A stretch of DNA of 64,000 nt, taken from Eledone cirrhosa. Taxonomy: Eukaryota. A program made the position numbers and the translations under genes. The stretch spans positions 201,748,001-201,812,000 of the forward strand of contig OZ024743.1 of assembly GCA_964016885.1 (NCBI GenBank). The letters run 5' to 3'. Under the pieces are notes generated by a model, which worked only from the letters and a program-made list of their open reading frames with translations, was not told the DNA's origin and ran no database searches. Positions 13,678 to 30,674 of the stretch are shown here, piece by piece (position 1 is the first letter of the stretch; each line of letters opens with the position of its first letter).

Positions 13678-14871
13678 TTTCTATATATATATATATAGTA
13701 ATAATAATAAATTTGAAGACTAAAATCCAAAGAGGGCTCGATAAGTATAAATATGTATCAAATATATAAGAACCGTAGAGCAAATATTTATTAAAATAAC
13801 AGATTAAAGTTTAAGCAAAGAATCGCTGCTTTCATCCTTAACGGGATCTTCTGAAGCTAACAAAGTCAATCTGTGAACGCAGAAATGAATATTTCAAAAA
13901 ACGTTGCAACCGGAGGAAAACAGGAAGACGATACTTTCGTTTGTGGAAACGTTCCCTGGCAAAGAACGGGAATAAACGAATATAATACGTCATTATTTGG
14001 AGCGGTGAAAAACAATTACACGCAAAGACAAAACGACGTTTATGGTATAAAAGAAGTCGTAGACTAATATTCTATTAGGTGGTTCATAATGACGTTCTTT
14101 GCAATGAACGGAAAAAACGAAGTGGTGCGGGAGAACAATTGCACGCAAAGACAAAACCACGTAAATGGTATAATTGAAGTCGGAGACTAAAATTCTAACT
14201 AGGAAACCGAATGATTCTTGGCTTCAGAGTTAAGTGTAAAGTACATAAAATACAGAGGTAATTGAAATTAAATAAATACATACACGCATCCATATACGTA
14301 CATACACAAGCATACGCGAAAACACTCGCCATAGGTATACAAATACACGCACGTACACAAAAAAACCCCAAACCCCCCCAAAACCTCACGCACATACAGA
14401 ACCCACGCAACGCCTGTACCCGCACGCATACGAATGTATACACCAAATACACATAAAAATATATATAAAAAAAAATATATATATATGTGTGTGTGTGAGC
14501 GTGTATACATATAATTAAATAAAGGTATATAAATAAATAAATACGTATATAACAAGCGCACACACATACCTACATGTAAATACACATATGTTCGGAGACG
14601 TACGTCAACCAAAACACAAAATACACATACACACACACCCTACTTTAATCTGTTATTTTAATAAATGAATATATATTTATATATATATTTATCAAAATAA
14701 CAGATTAAAGTTTAAGCAAAGAATCGCTGCTTTCACCCTTAACTGGATCTTCTGAAACTAACAAAGTCAATCTGTAAACGCAGAACTGGATATTTCAAAA
14801 ACGTTGCAACCGGAGGAAGACAGGAAGACGATACTTTGGTTCGTGGAAACGTTCGCTGGCTAAGAACGGGA

Positions 14872-15828
14872 ACGAAGTCCGATTTAGGTAGACTTAGTAA
14901 GACGATTCTTGATAGAATTATACCTGAAATTAGAAGTTTGGCCCCTCTTGCACTGTGGAACAATTCCTTCGCGGTGATTGATTGGTTCAACGGCATATGT
15001 AACAAGGAACATTGCCGTTTTATCCAATTCGACATCAACAATTACTACTCCTCCATCACTTTACCACTTTTCCTTAGAGCTATCAATTTCGCTAAAACAC
15101 TCACAGTGGTTAAGGATTTTGAAGTTGATGTCATCCTCAATGCCCGAAAGTCGGTGATTAATTTCGACGACTCTATTTGGATTAAAAAATCCAATAGTAC
15201 CCCATTCGACGTGAGTATGGTCGCCAGTGATTCTGCGGAGGTTTCTGATCTTATCGGCCTTTTCCTTCTTTTCTCTATCAAGGACGAATTCCCCAACACG
15301 GGCGGTGGTTTGTACCGTGACGATGGTCTTTTGACCATGACTAAGTGCGGACCTCGTACTTGCGGCAGGTTCAGAAAAGAACTCACAGCCTTCTTTAAAG
15401 GCTTCAACCTCTCTATACAGGTTGAGGCCAATCTCTCGGTCGTTAATTACCTCGACGTTACCCTCAACTTATTGAATGGGTTGTATTACCCGTGTAGAAA
15501 GCCGAATGATACGCTTAATTACATAAGTAAGCATTCCAACCGTCCTGACAGCATAACCAAGAACCTGGTAAGAAACGTTTCGTTGAGGCTTTCCCGTCTT
15601 TCCACCAACGAGCGTATTTTCAACGACCATTCCACTTATTACAATGAAGCTCTTGCTCGGAGTGGATTTGTCGATAAGGTAGCATATACAGAGTACGAAT
15701 ATAGACCGAGAAGAAATAGATCCCGTCGCATTTGTTGGTATAATCCACCATATAATATGGAAGTGGCCACACCATTAGCTAAGATCCTTCTTTCCCCTAT
15801 TACGAATGATTTTCCCCCTACAGACAAA
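14872..15828 (+). pseudogene. Penelope-like reverse transcriptase fragment
   Basis: KSDLGRLSKTIL, FIQFDINNYYSSI, FDVSMVASDSAEVSDLIG, LYRDDGL, NYLDVTLNL, ICWYNPPY. Homologous to 35533-37116. Confidence 0.88.
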
Positions 15829-15895
15829 TCCTGTCTTCCTCCGGTTGCAACGTTTTTTGAAATATCCAGTTCTGCGTTTACAGATTGACTTTGTT

Positions 15896-15946
15896 AGTTT
15901 CAGAAGATCCCGTTAAGGGTGAAAGCAGCGATTCTTTGCTTAAACT
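15896..15946 (+). ncRNA. Variant type I hammerhead motif (CAGAAGA core) in PLE pLTR
   Basis: AGTTT-CAGAAGA-tCCCgttaaGGGt-GAAA-GCAg...tTGC-TT-AAACT. All three helices form. Related copies at about 13808, 14709, 16292 (-) and 24173 (+). Confidence 0.6.
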
Positions 15947-16053
15947 TTAATCTGTTATTTTAATAAATATTTGCTCTACGGTTCTTATATATTTGATATA
16001 TATTTATCCTTATCGAGCCCTCTTTGGATTTTAGTCTTCAAATTTATTATTAT

Positions 16054-16107
<54 letters not shown>

Positions 16108-16230
16108 TAGCAGAATGGCCCGGCGCTGCTCGGGGTTTGCTCCAGGGTTCATATATATTTGATATATATTTATCCTTATCGAGCCTCGTGAAATAAATAC
16201 GTTTGTTTATATTTTGTTATTGTGTATGCA

Positions 16231-16280
<50 letters not shown>

Positions 16281-16420
16281 TAACAGATTAAAGTTTAAGC
16301 AAAGAATCGCTGCTTTCACCCTTAACGCGATCTTCTGAAACTAAAAAAATAAATCTGTGAAAGCAGAAGTAAATATTTCGAAAAACGTTACACTATATAT
16401 ATTTATATATATATATATAT

Positions 16421-18314
16421 GTGAATATAGACACAGAATATTCGAAAATATTCCGTATGTTTATAATAAACATTTTGAAGACCTAATCGCTATAGAATAG
16501 AATACGTCACGTATTACAATTAGATTCTCGATAAAAGCAAGGGAAGTAAGTCTACGCGTTTCATTCTTGTTAGAATTCATCAGGACTACATATCCAGTGC
16601 TTTTATCGAGAATGACACAGCTAGAGACTTATAGAATACTTAGCTGTGTACAGGAACTGGTTTGAAAGAGCGGTTGCCGGTCCGGCAGAAATTAGAAATT
16701 GGAATAAATGCTCTGAAATAGCGATATATATGTGAATATAGACACAGAATATTCGAAAATATTCCGTATGTTTATAATAAACATTTTGAAGACCTAATCG
16801 CTATAGAATAGAATACGTCACGTATTACAATTAGATTCTCGATAAAAGCAAGGGAAGTAAGTCTACGCGTTTCATTCTTGTTAGAATTCATCAGGACTAC
16901 ATATCCAGTGCTTTTATCGAGAATGACACAGCTAGAGACTTATAGAATACTTAGCTGTGTACAGGAACTGGTTTGAAAGAGCGGTTGCCGGTCCGGCAGA
17001 AATTAGAAATTGGAATAAATGCTCTGAAATAGCGATATATATGTGAATATAGACACAGAATATTCGAAAATATTCCGTATGTTTATAATAAACATTTTGA
17101 AGACCTAATCGCTATAGAATAGAATACGTCACGTATTACAATTAGATTCTCGATAAAAGCAAGGGAAGTAAGTCTACGCGTTTCATTCTTGTTAGAATTC
17201 ATCAGGACTACATATCCAGTGCTTTTATCGAGAATGACACAGCTAGAGACTTATAGAATACTTAGCTGTGTACAGGAACTGGTTTGAAAGAGCGGTTGCC
17301 GGTCCGGCAGAAATTAGAAATTGGAATAAATGCTCTGAAATAGCGATATATATGTGAATATAGACACAGAATATTCGAAAATATTCCGTATGTTTATAAT
17401 AAACATTTTGAAGACCTAATCGCTATAGAATAGAATACGTCACGTATTACAATTAGATTCTCGATAAAAGCAAGGGAAGTAAGTCTACGCGTTTCATTCT
17501 TGTTAGAATTCATCAGGACTACATATCCAGTGCTTTTATCGAGAATGACACAGCTAGAGACTTATAGAATACTTAGCTGTGTACAGGAACTGGTTTGAAA
17601 GAGCGGTTGCCGGTCCGGCAGAAATTAGAAATTGGAATAAATGCTCTGAAATAGCGATATATATGTGAATATAGACACAGAATATTCGAAAATATTCCGT
17701 ATGTTTATAATAAACATTTTGAAGACCTAATCGCTATAGAATAGAATACGTCACGTATTACAATTAGATTCTCGATAAAAGCAAGGGAAGTAAGTCTACG
17801 CGTTTCATTCTTGTTAGAATTCATCAGGACTACATATCCAGTGCTTTTATCGAGAATGACACAGCTAGAGACTTATAGAATACTTAGCTGTGTACAGGAA
17901 CTGGTTTGAAAGAGCGGTTGCCGGTCCGGCAGAAATTAGAAATTGGAATAAATGCTCTGAAATAGCGATATATATGTGAATATAGACACAGAATATTCGA
18001 AAATATTCCGTATGTTTATAATAAACATTTTGAAGACCTAATCGCTATAGAATAGAATACGTCACGTATTACAATTAGATTCTCGATAAAAGCAAGGGAA
18101 GTAAGTCTACGCGTTTCATTCTTGTTAGAATTCATCAGGACTACATATCCAGTGCTTTTATCGAGAATGACACAGCTAGAGACTTATAGAATACTTAGCT
18201 GTGTACAGGAACTGGTTTGAAAGAGCGGTTGCCGGTCCGGCAGAAATTAGAAATTGGAATAAATGCTCTGAAATAGCGATATATATGTGAATATAGACAC
18301 AGAATATTCGAAAA
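16421..18314 (-). repeat. 311-bp tandem repeat, left arm (6 full copies + partial); each unit has a minus-strand hammerhead ribozyme; retrozyme-like
   Basis: Unit starts GTGAATATAGACACAG at 16421, 16732, 17043, 17354, 17665, 17976, 18287 (period 311). TCATCAG (reverse complement of CTGATGA) at 16577+311n. No ORF of 60 aa or more. Confidence 0.95.
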
Positions 18315-18327
18315 TGTACACAGAATA

Positions 18328-20151
18328 TTCCTGTACACAGCTAAGTATTCTATAAGTCTCTAGCTGTGTCATTCTCGATAAAAGCACTGGATATGTAGTC
18401 CTGATGAATTCTAACAAGAATGAAACGCGTAGACTTACTTCCCTTGCTTTTATCGAGAATCTAATTGTAATACGTGACGTATTCTATTCTATAGCGATTA
18501 GGTCTTCAAAATGTTTATTATAAACATACGGAATATTTTCGAATATTCTGTGTCTATATTCACATATATATCGCTATTTCAGAGCATTTATTCCAATTTC
18601 TAATTTCTGCCGGACCGGCAACCGCTCTTTCAAACCAGTTCCTGTACACAGCTAAGTATTCTATAAGTCTCTAGCTGTGTCATTCTCGATAAAAGCACTG
18701 GATATGTAGTCCTGATGAATTCTAACAAGAATGAAACGCGTAGACTTACTTCCCTTGCTTTTATCGAGAATCTAATTGTAATACGTGACGTATTCTATTC
18801 TATAGCGATTAGGTCTTCAAAATGTTTATTATAAACATACGGAATATTTTCGAATATTCTGTGTCTATATTCACATATATATCGCTATTTCAGAGCATTT
18901 ATTCCAATTTCTAATTTCTGCCGGACCGGCAACCGCTCTTTCAAACCAGTTCCTGTACACAGCTAAGTATTCTATAAGTCTCTAGCTGTGTCATTCTCGA
19001 TAAAAGCACTGGATATGTAGTCCTGATGAATTCTAACAAGAATGAAACGCGTAGACTTACTTCCCTTGCTTTTATCGAGAATCTAATTGTAATACGTGAC
19101 GTATTCTATTCTATAGCGATTAGGTCTTCAAAATGTTTATTATAAACATACGGAATATTTTCGAATATTCTGTGTCTATATTCACATATATATCGCTATT
19201 TCAGAGCATTTATTCCAATTTCTAATTTCTGCCGGACCGGCAACCGCTCCTTCAAACCAGTTCCTGTACACAGCTAAGTATTCTATAAGTCTCTAGCTGT
19301 GTCATTCTCGATAAAAGCACTGGATATGTAGTCCTGATGAATTCTAACAAGAATGAAACGCGTAGACTTACTTCCCTTGCTTTTATCGAGAATCTAATTG
19401 TAATACGTGACGTATTCTATTCTATAGCGATTAGGTCTTCAAAATGTTTATTATAAACATACGGAATATTTTCGAATATTCTGTGTCTATATTCACATAT
19501 ATATCGCTATTTCAGAGCATTTATTCCAATTTCTAATTTCTGCCGGACCGGCAACCGCTCTTTCAAACCAGTTCCTGTACACAGCTAAGTATTCTATAAG
19601 TCTCTAGCTGTGTCATTCTCGATAAAAGCACTGGATATGTAGTCCTGATGAATTCTAACAAGAATGAAACGCGTAGACTTACTTCCCTTGCTTTTATCGA
19701 GAATCTAATTGTAATACGTGACGTATTCTATTCTATAGCGATTAGGTCTTCAAAATGTTTATTATAAACATACGGAATATTTTCGAATATTCTGTGTCTA
19801 TATTCACATATATATCGCTATTTCAGAGCATTTATTCCAATTTCTAATTTCTGCCGGACCGGCAACCGCTCTTTCAAACCAGTTCCTGTACACAGCTAAG
19901 TATTCTATAAGTCTCTAGCTGTGTCATTCTCGATAAAAGCACTGGATATGTAGTCCTGATGAATTCTAACAAGAATGAAACGCGTAGACTTACTTCCCTT
20001 GCTTTTATCGAGAATCTAATTGTAATACGTGACGTATTCTATTCTATAGCGATTAGGTCTTCAAAATGTTTATTATAAACATACGGAATATTTTCGAATA
20101 TTCTGTGTCTATATTCACATATATATCGCTATTTCAGAGCATTTATTCCAA
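18328..20151 (+). repeat. 311-bp tandem repeat, right arm (about 5.9 copies), inverted relative to left arm; each unit has a plus-strand hammerhead ribozyme
   Basis: Reverse complement of the left-arm unit. CTGATGA at 18401, 18712, 19023, 19334, 19645, 19956. One substitution noticed (T>C at 19250). Confidence 0.95.
18395..18438 (+). ncRNA. Minimal type I hammerhead ribozyme (representative of 12 copies)
   Basis: gtAGTC-CTGATGA-ATTC taacaa GAAT-GAAA-CGCG-TA-GACT tac. Helix I AGTC/GACT, helix II ATTC/GAAT, palindromic helix III (ACGCGT), GUA cleavage triplet. Confidence 0.9.
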
Positions 20152-20286
20152 TATATATATATATATATACACGCACTATACATACATATATAGATACACA
20201 GACAGCGTCATAATGACGTAATGCAGACAGCCAGACATACAGACAGATATTATAAGGGCGCGACGTTATATCTATGTATCTATCTA

Positions 20287-20500
20287 AAAAGAAAGACTAA
20301 GAATTATAGAGAGAGAGATCGATAAGTCGCCTAATGCGGTGCCTAGGGCATTGAAAATTTGAAATTTCTTTTTCTCAAAACACTCACATGACCATAAGTA
20401 TTACATGTGAAAAGTTTGAAAACAATCGGTTGGGTGGTTCTTGAGTTTTAGTGAACTAACAGACAGACAGACATACATTCTCTGTTTTAGATATATAGAT
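20287..20500 (+). mobile_element. 3' part of a Helitron/HINE-like non-autonomous element; possible 5' end at 16106-16148
   Basis: AAGTTTGAAAACAATCGGTTG...(ACAG)n...TTTTAGATATATAGAT ending and ACTAGCAGAATGGCCCGGCG start resemble DINE-1/Lep1-type elements from memory. Confidence 0.45.
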
Positions 20501-20801
20501 ATATATTATATATATAAACATATATATTTGTGTGTGTGAGTGTGTATCTATATATGTGTGTATGTGTCTGCATATGTGCACGTGTGCGTGTGTTTGTATG
20601 TGTGTGAATATGTGTGCATAAACATTATTCAGTTGTGTTAAGCAAACAGAGGGCCAAGAAAGTGAAACACTGCATTAAGGTTCAATTTTGAAAAACCGTA
20701 ACAGCCGCCCTAACCACATACACACAAATGCATACCAATAATTTCCAGAAACTTGTAGCGTTGTAAATCCTCGAACGGTTTTTATATTTCTTCATGTCAT
20801 T

Positions 20802-20990
20802 GTGGATTGGCAGTATCGGTAGAGGATCGGACGTCATGCTGTGACGCATAGAGTGACGGCCCTTACATTCTGAGTTCAAATACCGCCGAGGTTAACTTTG
20901 CTTTTCATCCTTATGGGTCGATAAAATAAAGTACCAGTAATAATGCACTCGGTAATTGCTGGCCTTGTGCCAAAAGTAGAAACAATTATT
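20802..20990 (+). mobile_element. Family A SINE
   Basis: Full family A motif set. Confidence 0.85.
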
Positions 20991-21601
20991 TAACATACAT
21001 ATAGCTCCAAGGAACCTTGATGCATATTTTATATTCATACCTCACGTGTTGCATATTTCTGTTTCAGGAAAACTGTCATAACACCACATCCTCTTGTGAC
21101 AAGAACGAGAAAATGAGAAGGGGAAGAAAGTTATAAATTTGTAGTGGACAGCAGTAATAACAGCAAATAGTTTCAACCCAGACTTTGTAGAAATGAAAAC
21201 GTCTTCTAACCACCGGTCACAAAGAAAGACAATCGGCATTCTAAACTCCTCTTCCATGCCTCAAACAATAGTAGAATTCCACTATCTTGTGGCAAAGGAA
21301 ACACATAGATGGAATTGTTATAAGGGTTTGTCCACTACATAAAGCTTCGAATTTCATGTTTCGAAGAGATATACGCTTCCTGAATGGAAGTCTAAATAGA
21401 AATGAGACAGTGTTGTAAATATTTATTAACATTTAGTGTAATAGAGAGATGTGATCATTTTCACATGATATGGTGAAATGATTAGTAAACGAGTTATATG
21501 TAGAAGAGTGAATAAAAATAAAGATTATTTACAATATAATATTGGATGGAAATAGAAATAAAATGCTAGATATGAATACAAATTGGGCCATTTTGCTGTG
21601 A

Positions 21602-21671
21602 GCATTGGTGCTTCAGTGGTAGAAAGCTTGCCTGCCACCCGGGCGCCCCGGTTCTATAGACAGCAGATGCG
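21602..21671 (+). pseudogene. tRNA-Gly(GCC)-derived pseudogene
   Basis: GCATTGGTGCTTCAGTGGTAGAA...CCTGCCAC; T arm destroyed. Confidence 0.8.
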
Positions 21672-22138
21672 TTTAAGTAGGATTTAGCTCAGGTAATTCA
21701 TTAGAATTGTTTAGAAATTTCCATCGACAGTTTATTAATGCGATTTCAATGATTTTTTTGATTTTTTTTGTCTAGGTTAACATATTAACAATTATAGATT
21801 TATTTATTCTGGAAGAAGCGCAATTTGTTTTGCGAACGTCAATAATCACAGTACTTTGAGATTTTATGGCTAGACTTGCTCGCCGAACTGTTAGGCTCTC
21901 ACATAATCTCATATATTGTAGAAATGCTATATATTATTTTTGGCTCTAAAACGAAATATTTTGTCATTTTCATAAACAATTAACAGATAAAAACTGTTAA
22001 TTTATGATTATTCTTCTTACATATAGATTTGATTTATTCTTTATATCTGATTAGTTGTAGTAATTAGTCAATATCACTTTGAATGTGAAAAGTATTGAAT
22101 TCCATGATATGAATTCCATTTGAGCAACGTCAATGTGA

Positions 22139-22199
22139 GCATCAATGGGAGAATGCTCGTTTACTACGCGTGACTCGGGTTCGATTCCCGGCCGATGCA
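22139..22199 (+). pseudogene. tRNA-Gly-derived pseudogene
   Basis: D-arm deletion; intact GGGTTCGATTCCCGGCCGATGCA. Confidence 0.8.
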
Positions 22200-22351
22200 T
22201 TATTTCTAAATAATAAATACTTTTAGCTGTTGCAATTTCTTAGTTTTTTAGGTTTTTTCATGATTTGAATCCACAATTATTTATGTATATACGGTGGACG
22301 CATACACCAATTTCTCCTTTTCTCTCTCTCTCCCTCTTTCTCTCTCTCTCA

Positions 22352-22390
<39 letters not shown>

Positions 22391-22688
22391 CACACATTAT
22401 ATATATATATATATATATATATACGTAGCTCTGTCACATAGTGACTAATATTATACATTCCCATGATTACATAGATGGAGTTTTTATAAGGATTTCTCCA
22501 TTACATATATTTTCGAATTTCGTATTGTAAATGCCTAATATCATATGAATATATGTGCCCGGTGAAGAGATATACGCTTCCTGAATGGAAGTCTAAATAG
22601 AAATGAGATAATTTACAATATAATATTGAATGGAAATAAAAGTAAAATGCTTGATTTTAATTAAAAAAATTGGGCTCCAGCAATATGC

Positions 22689-22758
22689 GAATCGGTGGTT
22701 CAGTGTTAGAACTCTCCCATGCCACGCCTGCCGCACGGTTTCGATTCATGGCGTTACA
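22689..22758 (+). pseudogene. tRNA-Gly(GCC)-derived pseudogene
   Basis: GAATCGGTGGTTCAGTGTTAGAA...TGCCACG...TTCGATTC. Confidence 0.75.
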
Positions 22759-23180
22759 TCTTCTCAAGGTTTATCTCTGGCAATCCATTAGAATTGTTTG
22801 AAAGCTCGACTTACCAGTTTATCAATGTTATTCTTTTATTTCAATGATTACTTTTATAGGTTATATTTGTAATAATTAAAAAATAATTATTCTGGAAGAA
22901 GCACCATTTGTTTCGTATTGCGTGCATAAACAATCATACTATTTTCAACTTTTGTGTCTTAACTTACTCGTCGAATTGTTAGGCCCTCACATTATTTTGT
23001 CACTACTATAACAGGTTTAACTTTTCATTCCATAACTTCTTAGGTTACAATGTAACAATTATTTCATATATTTAAAAATGACATTATTTTTGGCCCTAAA
23101 ATGAAATATTTTGTATAACATTGAATGTTATAAAAATTGAATGCCATGATATGAATTCTATCTCAGCCATCTTAACGTGA

Positions 23181-23251
23181 GCATCGGTGGTTCAATGGTA
23201 GAATGCTCGCTTCCCAAGCATGTGATCCGGGTTCGATTCCCAGCCGATGCA
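23181..23251 (+). tRNA. tRNA-Gly(CCC), probably non-functional
   Basis: 71 nt, intact acceptor GCATCGG/CCGATGC and A/B boxes, loop TT-CCC-AA; anticodon- and T-stem mismatches. Confidence 0.7.
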
Positions 23252-23627
23252 TGATATCAATATACTTTTAGTTGTTGCAATCTTTTAGTTTTTTTCAAAA
23301 TCTAAATCAACCCGGTAGATGATGTTGCTCATGTATGATTTCTGAGAATTATTTTCATAAATACTCTTTTATTTTTGGAACAATTTTGTATTCCGCAAGA
23401 AAGTGTCACTAGTTTAGCGACATCAATCATACCATTTTAAATTGCTCTGGCTTTATGTGAACGGCTAATCCTTAGTTCCTTAAAATTAATCGGTTGTTAA
23501 ATATATAATTCTCTTATTCAGAACATATGCATATTCCGGTGTTCAAGGTTTTTTATACACATGATATATATTGTTTTTTTTCAACTTGAATGAAATACTT
23601 TGTCATTTCGAAACATAATTTATTTTG

Positions 23628-23701
<74 letters not shown>

Positions 23702-23714
23702 TATATATATATAT

Positions 23715-28757
<5,043 letters not shown>

Positions 28758-29007
28758 TGAAAATGACATATATTATTTTTGGCCCTAAAATGAAGGATTT
28801 TGTAATTTTCATACAGATTAAAGCTGGCAGTTTATGTTCATTTGTGTAACATACTGATTCAATATGTTTTTCTCTATATCTGATTAGTAGTAATAATTAG
28901 TAATTAATTGTATAAGATTGAACAAGAATCAAGACTCCAATATCACATCGAATGTTATAAAAATTGAATTCCATTACATGAATTCAAATTGATTGATGTA
29001 ACAGAGA

Positions 29008-29077
29008 GCGTCCGTGGTTCAATGGTAGAATGCTCGCTTCCCAAGCTCTGATCCGGGTTCGATTCCCAGCCGATGCA
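29008..29077 (+). pseudogene. tRNA-Gly(CCC)-derived pseudogene
   Basis: Near copy of 23181-23251, including downstream flank. Confidence 0.8.
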
Positions 29078-29492
29078 TGATATCAATATACTTTTAGTTG
29101 TTGCAATCTTTTAGTTTTTCTCAAAATCTAAATCAACCCGGTAGATGATGTTGCTCATGTATGATTTCTGAGAATTATTTTCATAAATACTCTTTTATTT
29201 TTGGAACAATTATGTATTCCGCAAGAAAGTGTCACTAGTTTAGCGACATCAATCATACCATTTTAAATTGCTCTGACATTATATGAGCGGCTAATCCTTA
29301 GTTCCTTAAAATTAATCGGTTGTTAAGTATATAATTCTCTTATTAAGAACATATGCATATTCCGGTGTTCAAGGTTTTTTATACACATGATATATATTAT
29401 TCAGTACATATGTATATTCCATGATATATATATATATATTTTTAACTTGGATGAAATATTTTGTCATTTCCAAAATTCATTTACCTATTATA

Positions 29493-29680
29493 ATTGTCTC
29501 TACATTTGGCACAAGGCCAGCAATTAACCAGTGCATTACTGGTACTTTATTTTATTGACCCCGTAAGGATGAAAGGCAAAGTTAACCTCGACGGGATTTG
29601 AACTCAGACCGTAAAGGGACATAACTATGCTGGAAAGCATGGCGTCCGACCCTCTACCGATACTGCCAATCCACCGCCCT
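29493..29680 (-). mobile_element. Family A SINE
   Basis: Reverse-complement family A motifs. Confidence 0.85.
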
Positions 29681-29740
29681 TATATATATAATGTACACCT
29701 ATACGATGTTCTGACACATAGTGACTGACATTATACTTTT

Positions 29741-29918
29741 GGTGGATTGGTAGTATCAGTAGAGAGTCGGACGCCATGCTTTGCAGCACAGTTACGTCCC
29801 TTTACGGACTGAGTTCAAATCCCGTCGAGGTTAACTTTGCCTTTCATCCTTACGGGGTCGATAAAATAAAGTACCAGTAACACATAATTGCTGGCCTTGT
29901 GCCAAAAGTAGAAACAAT
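29741..29918 (+). mobile_element. Family A SINE
   Basis: Family A motifs; ATTATACTT on both sides. Confidence 0.85.
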
Positions 29919-30071
29919 TATACTTCACCATGATCAAATAAATGGCATTTTTATAAGGATATGTCCATTACATGTAGTTTCAAATTTCCTATTCTAAATG
30001 TCTCATATCATATGAATGTATGTTGATCAAATCTTGAGATTGTCTTCGCCAAGTGTTCCTTGAAGAGACAC

Positions 30072-30375
30072 TTCCTGATTGGAAGTCTACGGTGGCCCGT
30101 CTGAGGAAGCTGGTGTGGCTATTGTAGCGGGTGTCGTTGGGCATTGTCTGCGGGAATGCTTTTGCGGTCTTTTACGCGAGGCGCAGCTCTTTACCGCCGT
30201 GCCATATCCCAATAACCCTCTCCTCCACCCTCCAATTTTTTGTGACACTTTTCCTCCTTTTTTCCGGATTTTTTAATTTTTTATTTTTTTTATTAAACTG
30301 TATTTACAAGATATATTCCATAAATAAATTATCTTTTATCCATCTCTATTAGATCGAACAACTGAGTTACAGAAA
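30072..30375 (+). mobile_element. CRE-like retrotransposon 3' fragment in tRNA array spacer
   Basis: Homologous to 44430-44725. Confidence 0.6.
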
Positions 30376-30602
30376 AAGATAGTAATTAGACAGTAGTGTG
30401 AATATTTATTTACATTTAGTGTAATAGAGAGATGTGATAATTTTCACATGAATTATGTTCTATACCTGATATGTTGTAATGATTAGTAAACGAGATATAT
30501 GTAGAAGAGTGAATAAAAACAAAGATAATTTACAATATAATATTAAATGGATATAGAAGTAAAAAGCTAGATCTGAATAAAATATTAGCTAATGCTCTTC
30601 GA

Positions 30603-30674
30603 GCATTGGTGGTTCATTGTTAGAATACTCGCTTCCCCCAGCGTGCGACTCGGGTTCGGTTCCCGGCCGATGCG
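30603..30674 (+). pseudogene. tRNA-Gly(CCC)-like pseudogene
   Basis: GCATTGGTGGTTCATTGTTAG...GGGTTCGGTTCCCGGCCGATGCG. Confidence 0.8.

Larger units (their letters stand above)
13697..16060 (+). mobile_element. Rearranged Penelope-like element with inverted terminal (pLTR) copies
   Basis: 13697-13930 is the reverse complement of 15830-16060. A further pLTR copy lies at about 14690-14870, with an RT fragment between. (TA)n flanks. Confidence 0.8.

Noticed and set aside
16421-20151. CRISPR array or ordinary satellite
   Set aside because: No unique spacers and no cas genes. Units are identical and carry ribozyme cores. An assembly fold-back artefact is not fully excluded.
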